DNA of 64,000 nt from the IMG/VR virus record IMGVR_UViG_3300047558_000077, positions 32,001-96,000 of that record. The stretch is one strand, 5' to 3'. The DNA comes from a virus. Within the stretch, counting starts at the first letter, position 1; every line of letters starts with the position of its first letter. Positions 29,931 through 40,077 of the stretch are shown one piece after another. The translations under genes were made by a program, and so were the position numbers. The notes under the pieces are model-generated. The model searched no databases, had not been told where the DNA came from, and saw only the letters and a list, made by a program, of their open reading frames with translations.

Positions 29931-30704
29931 ATGAGCGTTGTAAAACAAACGGCAACTGCCGTGGCCACCGACGTTGATACACAGGTCGTTGACCTACGAG
30001 GCATGTGGATTGGGCTCGCCCTTCTAAATGTCTTTTATCTAATCGTCCGTATCTATGAACAGGTTTATGGCTGGCGTGCTGGTCTTGACTCGTTCGCACC
30101 AGAGTTTCAGACATATTGGATGTCTATTCTTTGGACAGAAATCCCACTAGAACTTATCTCAGGTCTTGGTCTTGCAGGTTATCTTTGGAAGACTAGAACC
30201 CGTGACTTCTCTCTTGTAACACCAAGGGAAGAAATGCGCCGTCTAGCGGTGTTGGTTCAGTGGTTGGTTGTTTATGCTGTTGCTATCTACTGGGGTGCAT
30301 CGTTCTTCACCGAACAGGATGGTACCTGGCATATGACAGTCATTCGTGATACGGATTTCACTCCGTCCCACATCATTGAGTTCTACATGAGTTACCCAAT
30401 CTACTCAATCATTGCTGTTGGTGCGTTCTTCTATGCTCGCACTCGTATCCCTTACTTTGCTCAGGGATATAGCCTAGCATTCTTGATTGTTGCTATTGGA
30501 CCATTCATGATCATCCCGAACGTTGGCCTGAATGAGTGGGGCCACACCTTCTGGTTCATGGAAGAACTATTCGTTGCTCCTCTACATTGGGGCTTCGTGT
30601 TCTTCGGCTGGATGGCTCTAGGTGTCTTTGGCGTTGTGCTACAGATCCTAGGTCGTGTCCACAGTCTCGTTGGACGAGATGGTGTAAGACTCCTTACCGA
30701 ATAA
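29931..30704 (+). CDS. pmoC: Particulate methane monooxygenase subunit C, Methylocystis/Methylosinus type
   Basis: GLDSFAPEFQTYW, WGASFFTEQDGTWHMTVIRDTDFTPSHIIEFY, PNVGLNEWGHTFWFMEELFVAPLHWGF. Confidence 0.98.
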   Translation: MSVVKQTATAVATDVDTQVVDLRGMWIGLALLNVFYLIVRIYEQVYGWRAGLDSFAPEFQTYWMSILWTEIPLELISGLGLAGYLWKTRTRDFSLVTPREEMRRLAVLVQWLVVYAVAIYWGASFFTEQDGTWHMTVIRDTDFTPSHIIEFYMSYPIYSIIAVGAFFYARTRIPYFAQGYSLAFLIVAIGPFMIIPNVGLNEWGHTFWFMEELFVAPLHWGFVFFGWMALGVFGVVLQILGRVHSLVGRDGVRLLTE

Positions 30705-30712
30705 ATGTCAAC

Positions 30713-30773
30713 AGGGGTGCGACGCAATGTCGCACCCTTTTCTATTGACAACGGCAATATCCATTGATATAAT
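30713..30773 (+). promoter_or_regulatory. pmoC terminator hairpin that is also a GTGCGAC-N5-GTCGCAC palindrome, followed by a sigma70 promoter
   Basis: GGGTGCGAC-GCAAT-GTCGCACCC then TTTT; TTGACA 30745, 17 bp, TATAAT 30768. Confidence 0.7.
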
Positions 30774-30796
30774 GCAAAGACACTGGAGATTCCAAT

Positions 30797-31207
30797 ATGC
30801 CGTTGCTTCCCGCTTATTATACCACGACTAATCTTCGGAAGCGCAAGTCTAAAAAGACTAATACTTCCGAACATACTAAGTGGCTAGAGTCCATGGGTCT
30901 TACGCCCAAGCAGATAAAAAGTAAAAAGTCAAAGAATACTTCCTGGAAGTCTGACTATACTGCCTCTTTGCATGTCGACCGTTCCACAAAACATTACGAA
31001 AAATCTATTCAAGAGGTGTGTAACGCACCTGCTAATGCCACGGCTAATCGTTCCGTGATGGCTAATCTACATAAAGAGAACGAAGAAACTCGCAAGGCTA
31101 TTCTTGATAAAGCCAAGCGGGTCATGCCACTTTACAATAAGGGTGGACTCCAGGTTCTCTCTGAGTCTGATGATCTCAAAGCACTCAACAAAACTGTGAG
31201 GGTATAA
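30797..31207 (+). CDS. Basic hypothetical protein
   Basis: Good SD; C-terminal PLYNKGGLQ motif seen in T4-like phage hypotheticals. Confidence 0.6.
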   Translation: MPLLPAYYTTTNLRKRKSKKTNTSEHTKWLESMGLTPKQIKSKKSKNTSWKSDYTASLHVDRSTKHYEKSIQEVCNAPANATANRSVMANLHKENEETRKAILDKAKRVMPLYNKGGLQVLSESDDLKALNKTVRV

Positions 31208-32453
31208 TGGCATTAGAAGAACATGACTATATTGAATGGCATTTCAATATTCGTTATAGAGCCTGGTGGTATTTTCATATTCGCTGGCATGATGATTATG
31301 ATGCATGTGAAATCGAACCTGTAATCTATTGGGGTGCATGATGAGCAAGAAAGCAAGACGTAGACCTTCATGGAAAAAGTATATTGGCCCAAGATCGTTT
31401 TATATCGATCTAATCAATGAAGAAACAGGAGAACTATTTGAGAGGGTCATGGTTAAAGATGGCACCTTTCTTCGTGATATGCTAAAGAGAAATGGTCCTG
31501 TTGTTTTAGAAGAAAATCTAAGACAGGCATTTATAGACCTTGCGGAGAGGACACTAAATAATGACAGACAAGTCCAGATTGAAAGCAATAACTCAAAAGA
31601 TGTTTGAAGTGCATGACGAAACTTTTAAGCAGTTAGCAGAAAGCGAACGCAGAGATCGTAAGTTTAGATTGGAGATGGCAAATGAAATCTGGAGAAAAGT
31701 CAAAGGTATTGACATTCCCGAAGACTACTCGGAAGAGGATCGTTTGTCAATATACGAGCGTTACTACCACCGAGCCGTCTCCATGTCCCAAGGAGAGTAG
31801 AAGTTATTGGCCCACATTGCTAGGCGCATTCATTGGACTGTTATACATTTCTATTCTATTTGTATTATAAGGAAGAGTTATGGATCAAGATACTATTGTA
31901 GGCATCCAGAAGATGCGAGAACATAAACCCACAACTGTCTATGATCTTATGGACGAAAGAGATGCCTATAAACAGGCACTGTGGGATATCACAAAAGCAG
32001 CCACAGTAGGCGAAATGCTTGATATCGCCCATCGTGTATTGTCGGAGAATAAATCATGAAAGAGTTGGTTTTCGCTATCATTAGCATTTGTCTAAATACA
32101 GGTGAATGTGAAACCCATCAGATGAAAGTTGAGCCTCGTGTATGTCAGTTGAAGACAGTTCGTGCCCAGGTTCCAATGTCAGGTGAATGGAAAGACGCCA
32201 CCGTAAAGTTCAAGTGCTAAAAGGAGAATGTTATGAGTGATAAAGCAAAGGTTACTTTTGATGCTGTTAGTGAGGCATATTGCCTTCTATCAGCATATGT
32301 TCGTGAAGATGGTAAAGTCGGCACACGATACAATAAGGACCGAATACAGACTTTTGTTGTGTTTCTAGCAGAACTAATGAAACATGGTGATGTTGATTTG
32401 GCAAGAGTTGAGTTTGATAATCAGTTTTCTGAATATGATGGTTCTGGTTTATC

Positions 32454-32663
32454 ATGAAAGAGACGCACACCAGAACTCTGGTAAGAATGATTAGTTATCG
32501 AATAACCGCATGGGCATTCACCATTTTATGGACTTTTCTTCTTACAGGAGATATCGGCAAATCTACCGGTTTTGCCACACTGCTACATATTTTACTAAGT
32601 ATTGACTACTATATTCATGAAAGAGTATGGTTAAATATAAGATGGGGTCTAACGGAAAGGTGA
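32454..32663 (+). CDS. DUF2061-like small membrane protein
   Basis: ETHTRTLVRMISYR...YYIHERVWLNIRWG. Confidence 0.7.
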   Translation: MKETHTRTLVRMISYRITAWAFTILWTFLLTGDIGKSTGFATLLHILLSIDYYIHERVWLNIRWGLTER

Positions 32664-32912
32664 TTATAATGAGGAAGTTTTTGGTTCTATTCGCACTACT
32701 ATTCAGCACAGCAGCACTAGCAGATGCACCATATGGCACATATTACAATCCGGTTCAGGATCCACCGTTCACAGGTGATTGGTCTGTTCCAGTTCATCGT
32801 GGTATGTATTGTGTTCAGGGAACTTGGCATCGTGGATGGCTACGTCCTTGGGAAGGTTCTATCGTAATCAAGCCATCTTGTGGTACTGCGATCTATCAGA
32901 TTCAGTAACTCA

Positions 32913-33500
32913 ATGCTAGTCATCGATCATTTATTCTCAAAAGAAAATCAGGATTTGATTGAAACATCCGCCACAAGAATACCGTGGTTTTTTCAAGAGA
33001 ACACCTGCGACTTCTCATATATCAAAGGTTATCCTGAAACTATAGCTGGTGTAAAAGAAACACCGTTCTTTGTTAATATGATGGTCGATGACTTTAAAGT
33101 CCAATCAGATTACTATAAGTATTTTGCGCCGATTGTTGTGCATCTAGAAAAGCACACAGGTCGTTCATTTCGGAATAGATTGTTTCGTATGAAGGCCAAT
33201 ATGTATCTAAGACAACCCGACTATCCGGAAGGGTTCTTCCACACACCGCATGTGGATGTGTATGATGAAAAAACAGATACGACCGGTGAGGGTGAAATCT
33301 TTCTTTACTATGTTGATAAGAGTGACGGTCCGACATACATGTTCAATGAAAGATTTCCTACAAAAGATGTGACAAAGAGAGGAATGATATCACCGGAAAA
33401 AGGTAAAGGTGTTCTGTTCGATCTTCAAACACAACATGCTAGTTCTCCGCCTCGAATACATGAAAAACGGATCACGTTAAACTTCGTATTCACTAAATAA
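32913..33500 (+). CDS. 2OG-Fe(II) oxygenase-like protein
   Basis: PHVD, LYYVDKSDGPT, HASSPP, RITLNF; paralog of 49894-50502. Confidence 0.75.
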   Translation: MLVIDHLFSKENQDLIETSATRIPWFFQENTCDFSYIKGYPETIAGVKETPFFVNMMVDDFKVQSDYYKYFAPIVVHLEKHTGRSFRNRLFRMKANMYLRQPDYPEGFFHTPHVDVYDEKTDTTGEGEIFLYYVDKSDGPTYMFNERFPTKDVTKRGMISPEKGKGVLFDLQTQHASSPPRIHEKRITLNFVFTK

Positions 33501-33534
33501 GAGTGCCTAGCTAGGCATCTTAAAGGAGATTATT

Positions 33535-33762
33535 ATGTTCAAGAATCTAACAGTCAACTGGAAGACAACTGTTGCTGCCCTTATTCCACTAGTAGCATAC
33601 GGTCTAAAGTATGCTGGAGTTTGGCCAGAGAACATGCCACTTCCACCATTTGACGAAGTATGGCCATTTGTTCTAGGTCTTATTGGTGTCGGTGTTGCCG
33701 CTAAGGATAGCAACGTTACCAATTCAACAAATACAATCGAGCCACACAAGGTCGATCTATAA
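33535..33762 (+). CDS. Holin-like membrane protein
   Basis: NWKTT, two TM helices, AAKD; late promoter ACTAAATA at ~33492; convergent with the spanins. Confidence 0.6.
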   Translation: MFKNLTVNWKTTVAALIPLVAYGLKYAGVWPENMPLPPFDEVWPFVLGLIGVGVAAKDSNVTNSTNTIEPHKVDL

Positions 33763-33770
33763 TATGAACT

Positions 33771-33793
33771 GGGCGGATTTACTCCGCCCTTTT
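33771..33793. terminator. Terminator hairpin between convergent holin and spanin genes
   Basis: GGGCGGA-TTTAC-TCCGCCC followed by TTTT. Confidence 0.6.
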
Positions 33794-34060
33794 CACTTTC
33801 TTGTCAGCATCTTTTAGAAACTGACGAATTGACTCTATGGAACTTTTACATGTCAAATTGTTCTTATGTAGTTGAACAACCAACTTCGCAACCTGACTGT
33901 CCGTCAAAGTCTTCCAGTTCGGAAACTCTTTCACAACAGGACAATAATACATTGCCTCGTCAGGATGAACTACCATATGACGATATGACTTTATCACCTG
34001 CGACTGGTCATTACAAGAGGCCAGTAACAATACGCCTAACAATAGAATAATCTTTTTCAT
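33779..34060 (-). CDS. o-spanin (Rz1-like lipoprotein)
   Basis: Lipobox LLASC; overlaps the end of the i-spanin gene. Confidence 0.75.
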   Translation of the reverse strand: MKKIILLLGVLLLASCNDQSQVIKSYRHMVVHPDEAMYYCPVVKEFPNWKTLTDSQVAKLVVQLHKNNLTCKSSIESIRQFLKDADKKVKRAE

Positions 34061-34440
34061 TTCATTTCCTCTAAGGATCTGATTGTGTCTTTTAGTATCT
34101 GTGAGGATTCTCTATCACGACCAGCGCCAACATGCTTATCAATCTGTGAAACGACGGACTCTAACTTCTTTTCTAGTTGTCTATTCTTTTGGGTAAGACC
34201 ATTGATTGCTTCCGATCTTGCTCGATTGACGTTCTCGATTTCCTCGATGTAAGCATTCCGATCTTTTATTGTCTGTTCCAACTGTTTGATGTTGTATTGC
34301 TGGAGTGCCATTTGTTTTTCGTTATTGACAATCTCACGGTGTTTCATGTATAATCCGCCTGCCAGCCCTGCTACAATGACAAGAATGGAAAGCCACTTTA
34401 TGGAACCTGATGTAATGAGAGATAAAAGAATTGTAGGCAT
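34057..34440 (-). CDS. i-spanin (Rz-like)
   Basis: N-terminal TM helix plus long coiled coil; SD GGAGG. Confidence 0.75.
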   Translation of the reverse strand: MPTILLSLITSGSIKWLSILVIVAGLAGGLYMKHREIVNNEKQMALQQYNIKQLEQTIKDRNAYIEEIENVNRARSEAINGLTQKNRQLEKKLESVVSQIDKHVGAGRDRESSQILKDTIRSLEEMK

Positions 34441-34495
34441 CTTGACACCTCCGCACAGTATGCTATACTATATATCTATGTGAGAGGAAAGGTAA

Positions 34496-34693
34496 ATGAT
34501 CTTATGTTCCTGTAACACAATCTCTTCCAATACCGTAGAGCAAATCATGAATGAGCATCCGTTTGACGATGTTCCTTCAGTTCAAGAGATAATGGAGAAA
34601 CATGGTTGCTCTGTTGTCTGTGCCACTTGTGCCCATAACATCAAGATTGAAATAAGGAGACATTATGAAAATCAAAATCGGACCGTATGTTGA
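34496..34693 (+). CDS. bfd: Bacterioferritin-associated ferredoxin-like [2Fe-2S] protein
   Basis: MILCSCN...CATC (CxC-n-CxxC); own sigma70 promoter TTGACA 34442. Confidence 0.8.
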   Translation: MILCSCNTISSNTVEQIMNEHPFDDVPSVQEIMEKHGCSVVCATCAHNIKIEIRRHYENQNRTVC

Positions 34694-35204
34694 TTGGATC
34701 GGACCTTATCAGATTGCTGATAAGATTCCTTTTATTAGCGAAGATCGTGCTGAAAAGATTGGCGATTGGCTTGCTGATACTTGGGTAAACGATTTTTGTA
34801 ACTGGATTCAAGAAAAGAAAAAGCGTAAGATTGATATTCGTATTGATCGGTATGATACTTGGAGCATGGACCATACACTTGCTCTTATCATTGTTCCTAT
34901 GCTCAAGCAGTTGCGAGATACCAAGCACGGTTCTCCTCTTGTTGATAACGAGGATGTTCCGGAGCATATGCGATATAGCAGTCTTGGTCCTGATGATCCT
35001 GAGTGGTGGCCAGATAACTGGGTTCATTACAAGTGGGAATGGGTTCTAAACGAAATGATTTGGACCTTTGAACAACTTGCGGATGATGATGACAGAGGTG
35101 AACAACTGTTTATGCTTGACAGAGACAAGTATAATGAGTATAATGATCGTGTTAAGAACGGACTTCGCCTTTTCGGCAAGTATTATCGTGGACTATGGGA
35201 CTAA
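34665..35204 (+). CDS. Conserved phage hypothetical protein
   Basis: DTWSMDHTLALII...GLRLFGKYYRGLWD. Confidence 0.6.
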   Translation: MKIKIGPYVDWIGPYQIADKIPFISEDRAEKIGDWLADTWVNDFCNWIQEKKKRKIDIRIDRYDTWSMDHTLALIIVPMLKQLRDTKHGSPLVDNEDVPEHMRYSSLGPDDPEWWPDNWVHYKWEWVLNEMIWTFEQLADDDDRGEQLFMLDRDKYNEYNDRVKNGLRLFGKYYRGLWD

Positions 35205-35424
35205 GGAGAAAGACTATGATTCCATCTAGTGAAAGTGCAATGCATGTCCTTGAGACAGCATTCAAGCAGCGTGCCTTTGATGGCAAGTGGGAACGAATCG
35301 TCAAGATTATGGATCTTGATAACTCTTATTCATTCGTGAATGAGAATGGTAATCGCACTACTCTAATTCCGGAGAAGTGGGTAACGGTCGGTGTTTACGA
35401 CTATCTTATGGAGATTGCAGACTA

Positions 35425-35733
35425 ATGGCAAACAATGTAAAACTAATCAAGTTCCTCGGCGGTGAAGAGATTGTTGCTGAGGTTGTATCAGAAACAGATA
35501 ACACAATTGAAGTAAAGAATGCTGTTCGTATCGTTGTGATTCCCGACCAGCTAAATCCAAAGACACCGCAGGTCGGTCTTGCGCCGTATCTACAGTTTAG
35601 TGATACACGAGAACTAACATTCAATCGCAATCTAGTTGTCACAACTGCCGTGCCTCTTACTGACTTTCTAAATCAGTATAACAGCCTATTTGGCGGCATT
35701 CAGATTCCTAACTCAAAGATCATTACACCTTGA
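35425..35733 (+). CDS. Sm-like fold hypothetical protein
   Basis: VKLIKFLGGEEIVAEV; coupled to gp43. Confidence 0.55.
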   Translation: MANNVKLIKFLGGEEIVAEVVSETDNTIEVKNAVRIVVIPDQLNPKTPQVGLAPYLQFSDTRELTFNRNLVVTTAVPLTDFLNQYNSLFGGIQIPNSKIITP

Positions 35734-38285
35734 TGAATAAATTTTATACGAATGTTGAGATATGGGGCGGCAAAATCCTATATCGTGGTGTTGAAAACGG
35801 TGTCTGTGTTCGATACAAGGTAGATTACAACCCTACCTTGTTCGTACCTTCCGATAAGCCAACCAAATACACGACAATCTATGGTGAGTATGTTGGGCCT
35901 GTAAAGCCTGGCACCATCCGTGATTGTCGTAATTTTGTTAAGCAATATGATGGTGTTGACAACTTCAAGATTTATGGTAATCAACGTTATCAATATTGCT
36001 TTATTGCCGATGAGTTTGAGGGAACCGTCGATTGGGATATTTCAAAGATTAAAATTGCTAACATCGATATCGAAGTCGGTGAACCTGACGGTGGTGGATT
36101 TCCTGAGCCAGATAAGGCCGACGGTGCGATAACTGCCATTACAATCAAGATGAACGGCTATTTCACCACTTTTGGTTGTGGTGAATATGAGAACACACGT
36201 TCTGATGTGAGATATTTTAAATGTATGGATGAGTTCGATCTCATTCGTAAGTTTCTAGGTTGGTGGCAAAGTGAGTATCCTGATATCATTACTGGATGGA
36301 ATGTCGAAGTCTTCGATATTCCTTATCTTATCAATCGTATCGTAAAACTACTAGGTGAGAGTGAAGCAAAGAAGTTGTCACCATGGAATGTTATTAACAC
36401 CAAGGTTCTGGAAATTGGTGTGAATCGTCGTGGTCAAGGATATTCTATTTTAGGTGTTGCCACACTAGATTTACTTTCACTATATAGAAGATACGCTCCT
36501 GATGGAAAATCACAAGAGTCTTATAAATTGGACAACATCGCTCATGTTGAGTTGGGCGAACGCAAACTGTCCTACGAAGAATATGGTTCTCTACACAATC
36601 TTTACAAAGAGGACTATCAAAAGTTCATCGATTATAACATCAAAGACGTTGATCTAGTTGATCGTATCGATGATAAAGGTAAGTTTATTGAACTAGCACT
36701 AACTCTATCTTATGATAACAAGTGCAACTACGAGGACGTGTTCGCACAGGTCCGCATGTGGGACGTTATTTGTTTTCACCATTTGAAATCAAAGAACATA
36801 GTTGTCCCTCCTATTGAGAAACACGAGAAGGAGGCTGCCTATGTTGGCGCATACGTTAAAGATCCTATTATTGGCTTCCATGATTGCGTGGTTAGTTTCG
36901 ACGTTAATTCAGAGTATCCGTCTGTTATTATGGGGTCCAATATCTCTCCTGAGACGATTGTTGAACCTGATTCTTATAGCGATGCTATGCGGGCTATTGT
37001 TGCCTCTGGTGTCAGTGTTGATAAACTTCTCAATCGTTCCATTGATACATCATGCCTAAAGGCAGACAATGTTTGTTTGACTGCTAACGGTCAGTTCTAT
37101 CGCCGTGATAAGCAAGGCTTCATGCCTGAAATGGTCGAGAAGATGTTCGCCGATCGTAAGGTATATAAGAAGAAGATGCTTGAGGCGCAAGCAGAGTATG
37201 AGACAGAGACCGATTCCGATAAGAGAGCGGAACTAAAAAACAAGATTGCGAGATATAACAATCTACAACTCTCTAAGAAAGTATCGCTAAACTCCTTATA
37301 TGGTGCTATGGGTTCAAAGTATTTTAGATTCTTTGACCTTCGTAATGCCACTGCCGTCACGACTACGGGTCAACTTAGCATTCGTTGGATCGAAAACGAT
37401 ATCAATAAGTATCTAAACAAACTATTGAAAACGGAGAAAGATTATGTTATTGCGGTCGATACTGACTCGGTGTATCTCAATCTTGCAGAGGTGGTTAGGA
37501 AAACTTTTAGCACACAGAATGTCGATCCAATTCGTGGAATCTCATTCATGGACAAGGTCTGCGAAACTGCTATTCAGCCAGTTATTGATAAGTCTTGCAA
37601 CCTACTTGGGGATTATACTAATGTCTATCAACAAAAGATTGTCATGAAGCGAGAGGTCTTGGCAGATAAAGCAATCTGGACTGCCAAGAAGCGTTACATT
37701 CTAAACGTCCATAACTCCGAAGGCGTGCAATACGCTAAGCCTAAGAAGAAAGTTATGGGCCTTGAAATGATCAAGAGTTCCACACCTACAGCATGTAGAG
37801 ACAAACTAAGAGAGGTTGTTGATGTTATCTTTGATGAAGACGAGGCGGCTGTCCAGTCTTTTATTCAAACTTTCCGTGGTGAATTTCAAAATCTTCCTCT
37901 GGCAGATATTGCTTTTCCTCGGGGAGTTAATGGTCTTGATAAATATAGTGATTCGAAATCTATATATGCATCCGGTTGTCCTATCCATGTTCGTGGTTCT
38001 CTCGTATATAATCATCTTTTACACATTCATAATCTTACTTCTAAGTATCCACTAATCCTGTCGGGTGAAAAGATCAAGTTCATTCATCTGAAAGAACCTA
38101 ATACAGTTCAATCAAACATCATAGCTTTTCCACAAGGTAATATACCGAAAGAATTTGACTTGCATAAGTATATAGATTATAATCTACAGTTTCAAAAGGC
38201 ATTTCTAGATCCACTTATCATCATTCTTGGTGCTATTGGCTGGAAGCCAGAACGAAGCGCAAGTTTGGAGGACTTCTTCTCATGA
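35733..38285 (+). CDS. gp43: Family B DNA polymerase
   Basis: DIEV exonuclease motif, SFDVNSEYPS, KVSLNSLYG, DTDS, KKRY. Confidence 0.97.
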   Translation: MNKFYTNVEIWGGKILYRGVENGVCVRYKVDYNPTLFVPSDKPTKYTTIYGEYVGPVKPGTIRDCRNFVKQYDGVDNFKIYGNQRYQYCFIADEFEGTVDWDISKIKIANIDIEVGEPDGGGFPEPDKADGAITAITIKMNGYFTTFGCGEYENTRSDVRYFKCMDEFDLIRKFLGWWQSEYPDIITGWNVEVFDIPYLINRIVKLLGESEAKKLSPWNVINTKVLEIGVNRRGQGYSILGVATLDLLSLYRRYAPDGKSQESYKLDNIAHVELGERKLSYEEYGSLHNLYKEDYQKFIDYNIKDVDLVDRIDDKGKFIELALTLSYDNKCNYEDVFAQVRMWDVICFHHLKSKNIVVPPIEKHEKEAAYVGAYVKDPIIGFHDCVVSFDVNSEYPSVIMGSNISPETIVEPDSYSDAMRAIVASGVSVDKLLNRSIDTSCLKADNVCLTANGQFYRRDKQGFMPEMVEKMFADRKVYKKKMLEAQAEYETETDSDKRAELKNKIARYNNLQLSKKVSLNSLYGAMGSKYFRFFDLRNATAVTTTGQLSIRWIENDINKYLNKLLKTEKDYVIAVDTDSVYLNLAEVVRKTFSTQNVDPIRGISFMDKVCETAIQPVIDKSCNLLGDYTNVYQQKIVMKREVLADKAIWTAKKRYILNVHNSEGVQYAKPKKKVMGLEMIKSSTPTACRDKLREVVDVIFDEDEAAVQSFIQTFRGEFQNLPLADIAFPRGVNGLDKYSDSKSIYASGCPIHVRGSLVYNHLLHIHNLTSKYPLILSGEKIKFIHLKEPNTVQSNIIAFPQGNIPKEFDLHKYIDYNLQFQKAFLDPLIIILGAIGWKPERSASLEDFFS

Positions 38286-39862
38286 GTAAACCAATTAATA
38301 AAATAGTTATCGTCGGAGGTGGTTCTGCTGGTTGGATGACAGCGGCCACGCTCATTCAAAGATTAGATAATCGTGAGATTGTTCTAATTGAAGATCCTAA
38401 TACGCCTACAGTCGGCGTCGGTGAATCCACACTTGGGTTTATCAATGAATGGATGCGTCTACTCGGCATTAAAGACACAGACTTTATGAGAGAGTGTAAT
38501 GCGACTTATAAGATGTCTATTAGCTTCACAGACTTTTATAAGAAGGGTTCAGGAACCTTTCATTATCCCTTTGGCGGTGTTGATATCACAGGAAACACAT
38601 ATGCAAAGAATGACTGGTATCTAAAGAAATTTCTGCATCCAGAAACACCAATCTCCGACTATGCGGATAATGTATATCCTATCATGTCATTGGTGAACGC
38701 TAATAGAATGACAAGTGAATCGATTTTACCTGGTTACAATTTTCACAATGATGTTGCGTTTCATTTTGATGCTGCCAAGTTTGGTGTTTGGTTGCGTGAG
38801 AAGTATGCTATTCCAAGGGGTGTTAAGTATATTCAAGGTAAAGTCAGACACATTCCAGTAAACGAAGACGGTGTAGAAAAACTAATACTTGATAGTGGTG
38901 AAGAGATCACCGCCGATTTGTATATCGATTGCACAGGTTTTAGATCAATCATTCTCGGTGAAGCGTTGCATGAACCTTTCATCTCATATCATGACATTCT
39001 ACCTAACAATTCTGCCTGGGCCGCACAAGTACCATACATTGATAAAAAGAAACAGATTGTTCCTTGGACTGATTGTCATGCAATAGAAAACGGCTGGGTA
39101 TGGAGTATTCCATTGTGGAGCCGTATGGGTATGGGCTATGTGTATTCTGACAGATACATCGATGATGCAGGTGCCTTGCAAGAGTTCAAGGATCATCTAA
39201 ACAAATATGGAATGTTAAAAGAAGATCAACATTTTCATAACATCAAATTTAGAGCCGGTATTCATAATCGTATTTGGGTGAAGAATGTTGCAGCTATTGG
39301 TTTGTCAGCGGGCTTTATCGAACCTCTAGAAAGCAATGGATTGTTTAGTGTTCATATGTTTCTTGTTAGATTGCTTCGTGCAATCGATAGAGACAAAGAT
39401 GAACATCTTGTTTCAGAATATGATCGCAATAGTTACAACTGGTCATGTCGAACAATGTTTGATGGCTTTTCACAGTTTGTTGCGTTGCATTATGCCCTAT
39501 CACACAGAACCGATACAGAGTATTGGAAAGATGTTGGTAGAAGAGACTATTGTGATGTTGATAAGTCGCTTCAAAGAGGAGTATCTAGAAACGAGTCATT
39601 CATTTCAGCTTTTGATTATAAGTATAACACTACACGATTTGGTGATGATGGCTTGAATGCTATTGCAACAGGACTAAATTACTTCTCAACAGATATGCAT
39701 TTTATCCATGCAATGAATGCATCAAATGTGAATCTTGCCGAGGAGTTTGATGTTATAACCAAACGACTAAACGCAAAGAAAGAGCTATGGGATTATATAG
39801 CTTCAAAATGTCCAACTACATACGATTTTTTAAAAGAAAGGATCTATCATGGCGAAGACTAA
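38282..39862 (+). CDS. Flavin-dependent (tryptophan-halogenase-like) halogenase
   Basis: GGGSAG, GVGEST, ATYK catalytic Lys, WVWSIP, FIEPLES. Confidence 0.88.
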   Translation: MSKPINKIVIVGGGSAGWMTAATLIQRLDNREIVLIEDPNTPTVGVGESTLGFINEWMRLLGIKDTDFMRECNATYKMSISFTDFYKKGSGTFHYPFGGVDITGNTYAKNDWYLKKFLHPETPISDYADNVYPIMSLVNANRMTSESILPGYNFHNDVAFHFDAAKFGVWLREKYAIPRGVKYIQGKVRHIPVNEDGVEKLILDSGEEITADLYIDCTGFRSIILGEALHEPFISYHDILPNNSAWAAQVPYIDKKKQIVPWTDCHAIENGWVWSIPLWSRMGMGYVYSDRYIDDAGALQEFKDHLNKYGMLKEDQHFHNIKFRAGIHNRIWVKNVAAIGLSAGFIEPLESNGLFSVHMFLVRLLRAIDRDKDEHLVSEYDRNSYNWSCRTMFDGFSQFVALHYALSHRTDTEYWKDVGRRDYCDVDKSLQRGVSRNESFISAFDYKYNTTRFGDDGLNAIATGLNYFSTDMHFIHAMNASNVNLAEEFDVITKRLNAKKELWDYIASKCPTTYDFLKERIYHGED

Positions 39863-40077
39863 AAAAGACGATCACCATAAACACTCACCTGCTCGTCTTT
39901 ATGAATTTGCGCCTAAAGACGGAATAACTCCGAACAATATTGTTGAACTAGCAAAGATTGTTCGAGTAGGTGTTGGTGGTGACCTATTTGAAAAACTATC
40001 ACCAGAATTACAAAAGCACTTCAAAGAAGTTGCCTAACGAGATTGTTAGGTGACTACTGACAAAAAAGGAGATTCTT

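Noticed and set aside
29000-32000. Host pmoCAB operon fragment or chimeric contig
   Set aside because: No pmoA/pmoB; pmoC has phage-like codons and phage signals on both sides
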